A stretch of 64,000 nucleotides of DNA. Origin: Eledone cirrhosa. Its lineage: Eukaryota. The notes beneath the pieces are model-generated. The model searched no databases. It was given only the letters and a program-made list of their open reading frames with translations, and was not told where the DNA came from. Where the stretch lies: the NCBI GenBank assembly GCA_964016885.1, contig OZ024741.1:409324001-409388000 (forward strand), given 5' to 3'. Shown here in pieces: positions 50,236-62,954 of this stretch (position 1 is the stretch's first letter; the number at the start of each line of letters is the position of its first letter). Position numbers and translations under genes: made by a program.

Positions 50236-50357
50236 TATTTTGGTGCTACAATGAAAAGTACACAGTCCACATTGTAAATGTGTTTGACTTGTCTCACAAT
50301 GAGGCATCTCAAGCATGAAAAAATGGACACTAAATGATGATGATGAAGTCCACTTAC

Positions 50358-50462
50358 CAAATGTGATATGATAGAATTACTGAAATCTTCACAGAGTCTT
50401 GAGAGAATTAAGAGTAAAGAAGGTGGAATAGAGCCTCGTTCAGCAGCACCCTCACAGAAGTC
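50358..50462 (-). CDS. VPS51: VPS51 coding exon
   Basis: DFCEGAAERGSIPPSLLLILSRLCEDFSNSIISHL (VPS51 PPALLLLLSRLC motif). Acceptor ttacag, donor gtaagt, 105 bp. Confidence 0.93.
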
Positions 50463-50619
50463 CTGTAACAAGAAGAGAAACAACAATGTTGAAGGGGGGG
50501 GGGGTTTATATATTAGGTAAAAAGTTAACGTCTTTCCATCCTCATTCTGCATACTAGTTTCACCTTCTCTGCCACCAACCCCAGCCTTCCCCATCCCCTG
50601 GTACATGTCTCTCGTCATG

Positions 50620-53600
50620 TCCAGGTATATATGGAAAACTGGACACACCTGTTCTCCTACAGTCTCTTGTCCAGGTATATATGGACAGCTGGACACCCCA
50701 TACCTGCTCTCCTACAGTCTCTCGTCCAGTCCAGGTATATATGGACAGCTGGACACCCCATACCTGCTCTCCTACACTCACTTGTCCAGTCCAGGTATAT
50801 ATGGACAGCTGGACACTCCATACCTGCTCTCCTACACTCACTTGTCCATCCCAGGTAATTATAGACAGCTGGACACTCCATACCTGCTCTCCTACACTCA
50901 CTTGTCCATCCCAGGTATATATAGACAGCTGGACACTCCATACCTGCTCTCCTACACTCACTTGTCCATCCCAGGTATATATAGACAGCTGGACACCCCA
51001 TACCTGCTCTCCTACACTCACTTGTCCAGTGCAGGTATATATGGACAGCTGGACACTCCAAACCTGCTCTCCTACACTCACTTGTCCATCCCAGGTATAT
51101 ATAGACAGCTGGACACCCCATACCTGCTCTCCTACACTCACTTGTCCAGTCCAGGTATATATGGACAGCTGGACACCCCATACCTGCTCTCCTACACTCA
51201 CTTGTCCATCCCAGGTATATATAGACAGCTGGACACCCCATACCTGCTCTCCTACACTCACTTGTCCATCCCAGGTATATATAGACAGCTGGACACCCCA
51301 TACCTGCTCTCCTACACTCACTTGTCCAGTCCAGGTATATATGGACAGCTGGACACCCCATACCTGCTCTCCTACACTCACTTGTCCATCCCAGGTATAT
51401 ATGGACAGCTGGACACCCCATACCTGCTCTCCTACACTCACTTGTCCATCCCAGGTATATATGGACAGCTGGACACTTCATACCTGCTCTCCTACACTCA
51501 CTTGTCCATCCCAGGTATATATAGACAGCTGGACACTCCATACCTGCTCTCCTACACTCACGTGTCCATCCCAGGTATATATGGACAGCTGGACACTCCA
51601 TACCTGCTCTCCTACACTCACTTGTCCAGTCCAGGTATATATGGACAGCTGGACACTCCATACCTGCTCTCCTACACTCACTTGTCCATCCCAGGTATAT
51701 ATAGACAGCTGGACACTCCATACCTGCTCTCCTACACTCACGTGTCCATCCCAGGTATATATGGACAGCTGGACACTCCATACCTGCTCTCCTACACTCA
51801 CTTGTCCAGTCCAGGTATATATGGACAGCTGCACACCCCATACCTGCTCTCCTACACTCTCTTGTCCATCCCAGGTATATATGGACAGCTGGACACCCCA
51901 TACCTGCTCTCCTACACTCACTTTTCCATCCCAGGTATATATGGACAGCTGGACACCCCATACCTGCTCTCCTACAGTCTCTCGTCCAGTCCAGGTATAT
52001 ATGGACAGCTGGACACCCCATACCTGCTCTCCTACACTCACTTGTCCAGTCCAGGTATATATGGACAGCTGGACACTCCATACCTGCTCTCCTACACTCA
52101 CTTGTCCATCCCAGGTAATTATAGACAGCTGGACACTCCATACCTGCTCTCCTACACTCACTTGTCCATCCCAGGTATATATAGACAGCTGGACACTCCA
52201 TACCTGCTCTCCTACACTCACTTGTCCATCCCAGGTATATATAGACAGCTGGACACCCCATACCTGCTCTCCTACACTCACTTGTCCAGTCCAGGTATAT
52301 ATGGACAGCTGGACACTCCATACCTGCTCTCCTACACTCACTTGTCCATCCCAGGTATATATAGACAGCTGGACACCCCATACCTGCTCTCCTACACTCA
52401 CTTGTCCAGTCCAGGTATATATGGACAGCTGGACACCCCATACCTGCTCTCCTACACTCACTTGTCCATCCCAGGTATATATAGACAGCTGGACACCCCA
52501 TACCTGCTCTCCTACACTCACTTGTCCAGTCCAGGTATATATGGACAGCTGGACACCCCATACCTGCTCTCCTACACTCACTTGTCCATCCCAGGTATAT
52601 ATGGACAGCTGGACACCCCATACCTGCTCTCCTACACTCACTTGTCCAGTCCAGGTATATATGGACAGCTGGACACTCCATACCTGCTCTCCTACACTCA
52701 CTTGTCCATCCCAGGTATATATAGACAGCTGGACACCCCATACCTGCTCTCCTACACTCACTTGTCCAGTCCAGGTATATATGGACAGCTGGACACCCCA
52801 TACCTGCTCTCCTACACTCACCTGTCCATCCCAGGTATATATGGACAGCTGGACACCCCATACCTGCTCTCCTACACTCACTTGTCCATCCCAGGTATAT
52901 ATGGACAGCTGGACACTCCATACCTGCTCTCCTACACTCACTTGTCCATCCCAGGTATATATAGACAGCTGGACACTCCATACCTGCTCTCCTACACTCA
53001 CGTGTCCATCCCAGGTATATATGGACAGCTGGACACTCCATACCTGCTCTCCTACACTCACTTGTCCAGTCCAGGTATATATGGACAGCTGGACACTCCA
53101 TACCTGCTCTCCTACACTCACTTGTCCAGTCCAGGTATATATGGACAGCTGGACACCCCATACCTGCTCTCCTACACTCACTTGTCCATCCCAGGTATAT
53201 ATGGACAGCTGGACAGCCCATACCTGCTCTCCTACACTCACTTGTCCAGTCCAGGTATATATGGACAGCTGGACACCCCATACCTGCTCTCCTACACTCA
53301 CTTGTCCATCCCAGGTATATATGGACAGCTGGACACCCCATACCTGCTCTCCTACAGTCTCTCGTCCATCCCAGGTATATATGGACAGCTGGACACCCCA
53401 TACCTGCTCTCCTACAGTCTCTCGTCCATCCCAGGTATATATGGACAGCTGGACACCCCATACCTGCTCTCCTACACTCACTTGTCCATCCCAGGTATAT
53501 ATGGACAGCTGGACACTCCATACCTGCTCTCCTACACTCACTTGTCCATCCCAGGTATATATGGACAGCTGGACACCCCATACCTGCTCTCCTACACTCA

Positions 53601-56600
53601 CTTGTCCAGTCCAGGTATATATGGACAGCTGGACACCCCATACCTGCTCTCCTACACTCACTTGTCCATCCCAGGTATATATGGACAGCTGGACACCCCA
53701 TACCTGCTCTCCTACACTCACTTGTCCATCCCAGGTATATATGGACAGCTGGACACCCCATACCTGCTCTCCTACAGTCTCTCGTCCAGTCCAGGTATAT
53801 ATGGACAGCTGGACACCCCATACCTGCTCTCCTACACTCACTTGTCCATCCCAGGTATATATGGACAGCTGGACACCCCATACCTGCTCTCCTACAGTCT
53901 CTCGTCCATCCCAGGTATATATGGACAGCTGGACACCCCATACCTGCTCTCCTACACTCACTTGTCCAGTCCAGGTATATATGGACAGCTGGACACCCCA
54001 TACCTGCTCTCCTACACTCACTTGTCCATCCCAGGTATATATGGACAGCTGGACACCCCATACCTGCTCTCCTACACTCACTTGTCCATCCCAGGTATAT
54101 ATGGACAGCTGGACACTCAATACCTGCTCTCCTACACTCACTTGTCCATCCCAGGTATATATGGACAGCTGGACACCCCATACCTGCTCTCCTACACTCA
54201 CTTGTCCAGTCCAGGTATATATGGACAGCTGGACACCCCATACCTGCTCTCCTACACTCACTTGTCCATCCCAGGTATATATGGACAGCTGGACACCCCA
54301 TACCTGCTCTCCTACACTCACTTGTCCATCCCAGGTATATATGGACAGCTGGACACTCCATACCTGCTCTCCTACACTCACTTGTCCATCCCAGGTATAT
54401 ATGGACAGCTGGACACCCCATACCTGCTCTCCTACACTCACTTGTCCATCCCAGGTATATATGGACAGCTGGACACCCCATTACCTGCTCTCCTACAGTC
54501 TCTCGTCCAGTCCAGGTATATATGGACAGCTGGACACCCCATACCTGCTCTCCTACACTCACTTGTCCATCCCAGGTATATATGGACAGCTGGACACCCC
54601 ATACCTGCTCTCCTACACTCACTCGTCCAGTCCAGGTATATATGGACAGCTGGACACCCCATACCTGTTCTCCTACACTCACTTGTCCATCCCAGGTATA
54701 TATGGACAGCTGGACACCCCATACCTGCTCTCCTACACTTACTTGTCCATCCCAGGTATATATGGACAGCTGGACACTCAATATCTGCTCTCCTACACTC
54801 ACTTGTCCATCCCAGGTATATATGGACAGCTGGACACCCCATACCTGCTCTCCTACACTCACTTGTCCATCCCAGGTATATATGGACAGCTGGACACCCC
54901 ATACCTGCTCTCCTACACTCACTTGTCCATCCCAGGTATATATGGACAGCTGGACACCCCATACCTGCTCTCCTACAGTCTCTCGTCCATCCCAGGTATA
55001 TATGGACAGCTGGACACCCCATACCTGCTCTCCTACAGTCTCTCGTCCATCCCAGGTATATATGGACAGCTGGACACCCCATACCTGCTCTCCTACACTC
55101 ACTTGTCCAGTCCAGGTATATATGGACAGCTGGACACCCCATACCTGCTCTCCTACACGCACTTGTCCATCCCAGGTATATATGGACAGCTGGACACCCC
55201 ATACCTGCTCTCCTACACTCACTTGTCCATCCCAGGTATATATGGACAGCTGGACACCCCATACCTGCTCTCCTACACTCACTTGTCCATCCCAGGTATA
55301 TATGGACAGCTGGACACCCCATACCTGCTCTCCTACACTCACTTGTCCATCCCAGGTATATATGGACAGCTGGACACCCCATACCTGCTCTCCTACACTC
55401 ACTTGTCCATCCCAGGTATATATGGACAGCTGGACACCCCAAACCTGCTCTCCTACACTCACTTGTCCAGTCCAGGTATATATGGACAGCTGGACACTCC
55501 ATACCTGCTCTCCTACACTCACTTGTCCATCCCAGGTATATATGGACAGCTGGACACCCCATACCTGCTCTCCTACACTCACTTGTCCAGTCCAGGTATA
55601 TATGGACAGCTGGACACCCCAAACCTGCTCTCCTACAGTCTCTCGTCCATCCCAGGTATATATAGACAGCTGGACACCCCATACCTGCTCTCCTACAGTC
55701 TCTTGTCCAGTCCAGGTATATATGGACAGCTGGACACCCCATACCTTCTCTCCTACACGCACTTGTCCATCCCAGGTATATATGGACAGCTGGACACCCC
55801 ATACCTGCTCTCCTACACTCACTTGTCCATCCCAGGTATATATGGACAGCTGGACACCCCATACCTGCTCTCCTACACTCACTTGTCCATCCCAGGTATA
55901 TATGGACAGCTGGACACCCCATACCTGCTCTCCTACACTCACTTGTCCATCCCAGGTATATATGGACAGCTGGACACCCCATACCTGCTCTCCTACAGTC
56001 TCTTGTCCAGTCCAGGTATATATGGACAGCTGGACACTCCATACCTGCTCTCCTACACTCACTTGTCCATCCCAGGTATATATGGACAGCTGGACACTCC
56101 ATACCTGCTCTCCTACACTCACTTGTCCAGTCCAGGTATATATGGACAGCTGGACACTCCATACCTGCTCTCCTACACTCACTTGTCCATCCCAGGTATA
56201 TATGGACAGCTGGACACCCCATACCTGCTCTCCTACACTCACTTGTCCATCCCAGGTATATATGGACAGCTGGACACCCCATACCTGCTCTCCTACACTC
56301 ACTTGTCCATCCCAGGTATATATGGACAGCTGGACACCCCATACCTGCTCTCCTACACTCACTTGTCCATCCCAGGTATATATGGACAGCTGGACACCCC
56401 ATACCTGCTCTCCTACAGTCACTTGTCCATCCCAGGTATATATGGACAGCTGGACTCTCCATACCTGCTCTCCTACAGTCTCTCGTCCAGTCCAGGTATA
56501 TATGGACAGCTGGACACCCCATACCTGCTCTCCTACACTCACTTGTCCATCCCAGGTATATATGGACAGCTGGACACCCCATACCTGCTCTCCTACAGTC

Positions 56601-59562
56601 ACTTGTCCATCCCAGGTATATATGGACAGCTGGACTCTCCATACCTGCTCTCCTACAGTCTCTCGTCCAGTCCAGGTATATATGGACAGCTGGACACCCC
56701 ATACCTGCTCTCCTACACTCACTTGTCCATCCCAGGTATATATGGACAGCTGGACACTCCATACTTGCTCTCCTACACTCACTTGTCCAGTCCAGGTATA
56801 TATGGACAGCTGGACACTCCATACCTGCTCTCCTACACTCACTTGTCCATCCCAGGTATATATGGACAGCTGGACACCCCATACCTGCTCTCCTACACTC
56901 ACTTGTCCAGTCCAGGTATATATGGACAGCTGGACACCCCATACCTGCTCTCCTAGTCTCTCGTCCAGTCCAGGTATATATGGACAGCTGGACACTCCAT
57001 ACCTGCTCTCCTACACTCACTTGCCCATCCCAGGTATATATGGGCAGCTGGACACCCCATACCTGCTCTCCTACACTCACTTCTCCAGTCCAGGTATATA
57101 TGGACAGCTGGACACCCCATACCTGCTCTCCTACACTCACCTGTCCAGTCCAGGTATATTTGGACAGCTGGACACCCCATACCTGCTCTCCTACACTCAC
57201 TTGTCCATCCCAGGTATATATGGACAGCTGGACACTCCATACCTGCTCTCCTACACTCACTTGTCCAGTCCAGGTATATATGGACAGCTGAACACCCCAT
57301 ACCTGCTCTCCTAGTCTCTCGTCCAGTCCAGGTATATATGGACAGCTGGACACTCCATACCTGCTCTCCTACACTCACTTGTCCATCCCAGGTATATATG
57401 GACAGCTGGACACCCCATACCTGCTCTCCTACACTCACTTGTCCATCCCAGGTATATATGGACAGCTGGACACCCCATACCTGCTCTCCTACAGTCTCTT
57501 GTCCAGTCCAGGTATATATGGACAGCTGGACACTCCATACCTGCTCTCCTACACTCACTTGTCCATCCCAGGTATATATGGACAGCTGGACACTCCATAC
57601 CTGCTCTCCTACACTCACTTGTCCAGTCCAGGTATATATGGACAGCTGGACACTCCATACCTGCTCTCCTACACTCACTTGTCCATCCCAGGTATATATG
57701 GACAGCTGGACACCCCATACCTGCTCTCCTACACTCACTTGTCCATCCCAGGTATATATGGACAGCTGGACACCCCATACCTGCTCTCCTACACTCACTT
57801 GTCCATCCCAGGTATATATGGACAGCTGGACACCCCATACCTGCTCTCCTACACTCACTTGTCCATCCCAGGTATATATGGACAGCTGGACACCCCATAC
57901 CTGCTCTCCTACAGTCACTTGTCCATCCCAGGTATATATGGACAGCTGGACTCTCCATACCTGCTCTCCTACAGTCTCTCGTCCAGTCCAGGTATATATG
58001 GACAGCTGGACACCCCATACCTGCTCTCCTACACTCACTTGTCCATCCCAGGTATATATGGACAGCTGGACACCCCATACCTGCTCTCCTACAGTCACTT
58101 GTCCATCCCAGGTATATATGGACAGCTGGACTCTCCATACCTGCTCTCCTACAGTCTCTCGTCCAGTCCAGGTATATATGGACAGCTGGACACCCCATAC
58201 CTGCTCTCCTACACTCACTTGTCCATCCCAGGTATATATGGACAGCTGGACACTCCATACCTGCTCTCCTACACTCACTTGTCCAGTCCAGGTATATATG
58301 GACAGCTGGACACTCCATACCTGCTCTCCTACACTCACTTGTCCATCCCAGGTATATATGGACAGCTGGACACCCCATACCTGCTCTCCTACACTCACTT
58401 GTCCAGTCCAGGTATATATGGACAGCTGGACACCCCATACCTGCTCTCCTACACTCACTTGTCCAGTCCAGGTATATATGGACAGCTGGACACCCCATAC
58501 CTGCTCTCCTACACTCACTTGTCCATCCCAGGTATATATGGACAGCTGGACACTCCATACCTGCTCTCCTACACTCACTTGTCCAGTCCAGGTATATATG
58601 GACAGCTGGACACCCCATACCTGCTCTCCTAGTCTCTCGTCCAGTCCAGGTATATATGGACAGCTGGACACTCCATACCTGCTCTCCTACACTCACTTGC
58701 CCATCCCAGGTATATATGGGCAGCTGGACACCCCATACCTGCTCTCCTACACTCACTTCTCCAGTCCAGGTATATATGGACAGCTGGACACCCCATACCT
58801 GCTCTCCTACACTCACTTGTCCAGTCCAGGTATATATGGACAGCTGGACACCCCATACCTGCTCTCCTACACTCACTTGTCCATCCCAGGTATATATGGA
58901 CAGCTGGACACTCCATACCTGCTCTCCTACACTCACTTGTCCAGTCCAGGTATATATGGACAGCTGGACACCCCATACCTGCTCTCCTAGTCTCTCGTCC
59001 AGTCCAGGTATATATGGACAGCTGGACACTCCATACCTGCTCTCCTACACTCACTTGTCCATCCCAGGTATATATGGACAGCTGGACACCCCATACCTGC
59101 TCTCCTACATTCACTTGTCCAGTCCAGGTATATATGGACAGCTGGACACCCCATACCTGCTCTCCTACACTCACTTGTCCAGTCCAGGTATATATGGACA
59201 GCTGGACACCCCATACCTGCTCTCCTACACTCACTTGTCCATCCCAGGTATATATGGACAGCTGGACACCCCATACCTGCTCTCCTACAGTCTCTCGTCC
59301 AGTCCAGGTATATATGGACAGCTGGACACCCCATACCTGCTCTCCTACACTCACTTGTCCATCCCAGGTATATATGGACAGCTGGACACCCCATACCTGC
59401 TCTCCTAGTCTCTCGTCCAGTCCAGGTATATATGGACAGCTGGACACACCTGCTCTCCTACAGTCTCTCGTCTAGTCCAGGTATATATAGACAGCTGGAC
59501 ACACCTGCTCTCCTACAGTCTCTCGTCTAGTCCAGGTATATATGGAAAGCTGGACACACCTG
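50620..59562. repeat. 60-bp satellite array, ~8.9 kb (~149 units)
   Basis: Unit tacctgctctcctacactcacttgtccatcccaggtatatatggacagctggacacccca aligns column-wise in the 60-nt rows. Confidence 0.99.
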
Positions 59563-59783
59563 GTCACCTACATGCCTGCTGCCATGATACAAACCATTCA
59601 GAATATAGAAAGTCCAATCTAAATACGGCAAATCATTTTGTGTGACGATCTACCGATCCACCCAACTCACTCTCTTCCATCTAAACAGTGAAATAATCAT
59701 TTTAGTAAATCCCTCCAAATTCTATATTAATCAATTCCAATACGGTGTATTTTATTAGAAATATAGTAAAGAAAGGGTTAAAT

Positions 59784-60206
59784 CAGTGATTCCCAACATA
59801 GGGCACATGCCCCACAGGAGTGGGGGAGGGGGAGTAGATATTTAAGGTGGGGCAATTTGAAAATGATGTTAATGAGAACTTGAGGTTTTACCCTATTACT
59901 TTGACACCAAACTTCTGTCTCACCCTCCACACATAATACTGTACAACTAGATTTCATTTTATAAGGAACTTTTACAAAACTCAATTTGTTTTCATATCAA
60001 AGAGGAGGGTGCATAACAACTTTTGAGATGTTGAGGTGGAGCATGGTACACAAAAGGTGGGGACCACTGGTCAAGCTGATGACCATGTTGAGATGGGGAA
60101 CCACTGGTTTAGCTGATGACCATGTTGAGATGGGGAACCACTGGTGTAGCTGATGACCATGACATGTTGAGGTGGGGTATGGTGCACAAAAGGTGGGGAA
60201 CCACTG
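59784..60206. mobile_element. Possible hAT-type MITE with tandemly reiterated right end
   Basis: Left cagtgattcccaac versus right gtggggaaccactg. The right terminus recurs about four times in 60056-60206. No clean 8-bp TSD. Confidence 0.4.
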
Positions 60207-60239
60207 AAGAGTTAAAAGTGACCAACAAAGATTACTCAC

Positions 60240-60362
60240 AGAACAAACTTGGCATATGTGTCTTATGAAGTTGGTTAGTATTCCTTCTCGTACATCTTGT
60301 ATACAGAAAGGACCCCTGAAGTAGGGCTTCATAGCAAATGTGATGTCAGGGGAAATAAATGC
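60240..60362 (-). CDS. VPS51: VPS51 coding exon
   Basis: AFISPDITFAMKPYFRGPFCIQDVREGILTNFIRHICQVCS (VPS51 KPYFRGEFC..VREG motif). Acceptor ttcccag, donor gtgagt, 123 bp, phase 0/0. Confidence 0.93.
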
Positions 60363-60544
60363 CTGGGAAAAAACAAAGTAAGGTAAACAAAACAAAGAAA
60401 GAACCAATTTAATAGAAAGTCTATCTTTGATAAAGTTGGGACTGTATTGATTAATTTGATTACAGGGGTCTTATTTTGGCTGTTTTGTTTGTTATTAATA
60501 TGATTAAACAACAACAATGAAAATAACAGTTTTAAGAAACTAAT

Positions 60545-60925
60545 TTGCAGTCGTACCCTTGGCAGTGGAGACTTCTGGTGTCCTCGGCCCTAGGGCTACC
60601 TCCATACTCAATACCATAGGCGCTGAGCTGGCCAGCCGCAGGTGTGGGCCCCGTGAGTTGGAATGGCTTTTCCAGCACGTCTCCCTTGCCATCCTCTGGG
60701 GAAACGCCTTCTCTATTCTGTCCGCCGGGAGTGTGGGGGAGGCCACCAATATGATTGACTGACATGATGTTTGGATGTGAAACGTGGACATTATACAAGA
60801 GCCAAATCAAATCTCTCCAACAACTGACTACTTGACTGTAAAGTCTTTTGTTTTTTTGCTTTGTTCATTTCTCATCAAATTCTATGACTAAGTTTGTTTT
60901 TTCTATTTCAATATAAATTTATTGT
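60545..60925 (+). mobile_element. 3' fragment of a CRE-clade (restriction-like endonuclease) non-LTR retrotransposon
   Basis: VVPLAVETSGVLGPRATSILNTIGAELASRRCGPRELEWLFQHVSLAILWGNAFSIL fits the CRE C-terminal pattern FVPLAVET.G..G....LFQRLSLAIQRGNA. GC-rich island. Confidence 0.7.
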
Positions 60926-61244
60926 AGATATAAATTAATGAAACATACAGAAAAAGAAAGCAGCATTGGAAAGGACTATAAATGAGAGGAAAAAGAAAGG
61001 ACTAATAGACAGAGAGAAGGGAAGAGGACTATAAATGAGAGGAAAAGGAGGGTTATATTACAGTTAAATCAGAGCTAATTAAATATTTTAATCAATTAAA
61101 ATTACAATCATAGTGAGAGTAAAGAAAACACTAGTCAAGTAAGGCAGGGGAGACAACTCCGAAATTTAAATTAACTAAAATTGCAAACTCATGTATGAAA
61201 TATATGTGCGTGCGTGCGTGTGTGTGTGTGTATATATATATATT

Positions 61245-61412
61245 CATCATTCATCATTTCATTTTACGTCCGCCTTTCCCTGCTTGCAAGGGTGGGACGG
61301 GAACTGATTCTGGCTTGATTTCTACAGCTGGATGCCCTTCCTAACACCAACCTCATTTACAGTGAGTGCTGGGTGCTTTTTTGCCGTGGCACCTCCACGA
61401 CCACTTTGCAGT
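61245..61412 (-). mobile_element. RTE-related 3' UTR fragment
   Basis: ttttacgtccg...ggcttgatttctacagctggatgcccttcctaacaccaacctcatttacagtgagtgctgggtgc is shared with 40981-41220. Confidence 0.8.
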
Positions 61413-61449
61413 GGAATGATAGGGACTGGGGTCCCTATCATCTCATTTC

Positions 61450-61575
61450 TACAGCTGAGTAAACTGGAGCAATGTGAAATAAAGTGTCTTGCTCAAGGAA
61501 ACAACATTACCCGGTCTGAGAATTGAACTCACAACCTTTCGATTGCAAGGCCAATGCTCTAACCACTAAGCCATG
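61450..61575 (-). mobile_element. tRNA-derived SINE (CORE-like)
   Basis: Minus strand: A box tggcttagtggttagagc, B box gagttcaattc, then ccttgagcaagacacttt. Confidence 0.7.
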
Positions 61576-61651
61576 TATATCATCATCATCATCATCATAT
61601 ATATATACAATGATATTAAATAAATAGAAACTATATTTATAAAACCATATT

Positions 61652-61716
61652 TATTTTATTATATATATTTCAAGGGCAACCAAGACAACCTTGGTATGCT
61701 TTCATCAGATAAAATA
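61652..61716 (-). ncRNA. Type-I hammerhead ribozyme motif in a single arm (61607-61777) of the fold-back family
   Basis: Minus strand: tattttat-CTGATGA-aagcataccaagg ttgt cttggttgccctt-GAAA-tatata-TA^ataaaata, with a perfect 8-bp stem I. Confidence 0.75.
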
Positions 61717-62008
61717 CAAAGTTTGTTTTATAAATAGAGACATACCCATGAAAATCATACCTTATCGGTTGGAAATTCACTGGATAGTGGAAATATATTA
61801 GGGATTTTTCAAACTTATGTGTGAATAGGCAAATGAATATGTAAATAATTGAAAAACAACCGTTTATTTAAACGACTATGGAGAGAGAGAAGAGATAAGA
61901 GGAGAAGGATAAAAAATAGTGCAAGAGAGAGAGAAGAAAGAAACAAGAGAAGATGAATAAAACTCATATAAACATTTATATTTGTTGGACAAATTAAATA
62001 CCCCTTCT

Positions 62009-62064
<56 letters not shown>

Positions 62065-62676
62065 CATATATATAAATATATCCAAAATTAAAATTAAGGG
62101 ATGTCATGTCTGAGAGACATGCGCCATATCCACCATAGAATAACCTCAAAGATTAGATCGGAGCATTACATATCAGACATGACAACCCTGAATTTTAATT
62201 TTGGATATATATACGGCCCCTTAATTGTTGAGCTAATTCAGTTGAATAGGCTCGGCTGCTATTTCTGGCTGTCAATGGTCCTATTCACGAGACTGGGATG
62301 ACGTTCAATGAGCGTATTTTTTTTTAAAATGCAACACGTGGTTCGAATCATTCACAGATTTGCAATTGCTTTGTAAACACAGATGGTTATTTTTCTTCTC
62401 CTTTGGTGAACATCCGAGAATTTAACTGCTGTGATTTATGGATTAATAGGTGAAATATATTTCTTACTTAAAGAAATATATACAAAGGAGATTAATCATT
62501 TTAAAAGGTATCTATATTTGAAGTTCTAGTCAAACTTTAATTAGTTACCTACCTAGCTATGTGTGCCTACATTCTTTACAAATTATTCCTTGCGATTGTT
62601 TGATGTATTTATTTTATATATATATATATGTCAATCTATTTCTAGTTGATATATATAGATATATATATTAGCTTAC

Positions 62677-62819
62677 CTGTAAGTTGGCAAGAACAGATTT
62701 AATTTGCTCTAAAACTGAAGTTTCGGTATTGTTTAGTAACTCTGATAAGCTGTCGGAACTGTCCTGTTTACCAATCTGTTTGGGAGCAGCTAAATTCTGC
62801 CGGACATCGGTCAAGCAGT
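62677..62819 (-). CDS. VPS51: VPS51 coding exon (most 5' exon in window)
   Basis: Manual translation (D)CLTDVRQNLAAPKQIGKQDSSDSLSELLNNTETSVLEQIKSVLANLQ resembles metazoan VPS51 CLTDVRQALAAP. Acceptor tttcag, donor gtaagc, 143 bp. Missed by the ORF track. Confidence 0.9.
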
Positions 62820-62954
62820 CTGAAATATGAAGATGATAAGTATAAGATAGAGCTGCTAACTCTCCTCATCTAGAGATCACATCTCTACTACAATAGACAT
62901 GAGGTTAGAATTTCTAAGGAAGGACTCACTCAACAGATTTCATAGTCAAAGTGA

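Noticed and set aside
50560-59475. 2000-aa ORFs on both strands of the 60-bp array
   Set aside because: Same artefact: open in most frames, broken by 1-2 bp indels, and located inside a VPS51 intron.
60070-60160. Tandem hammerhead-like motif CTGATGA-ccat..atgg-GGAA-ccactgg-TT in 37-bp repeats
   Set aside because: The second box is GGAA rather than GAAA and no stem I forms. It is better explained as a reiterated transposon terminus.
61500-61575. tRNA gene
   Set aside because: A and B boxes are present but run into a SINE core with no closing acceptor stem, so it is a tRNA-derived SINE head.
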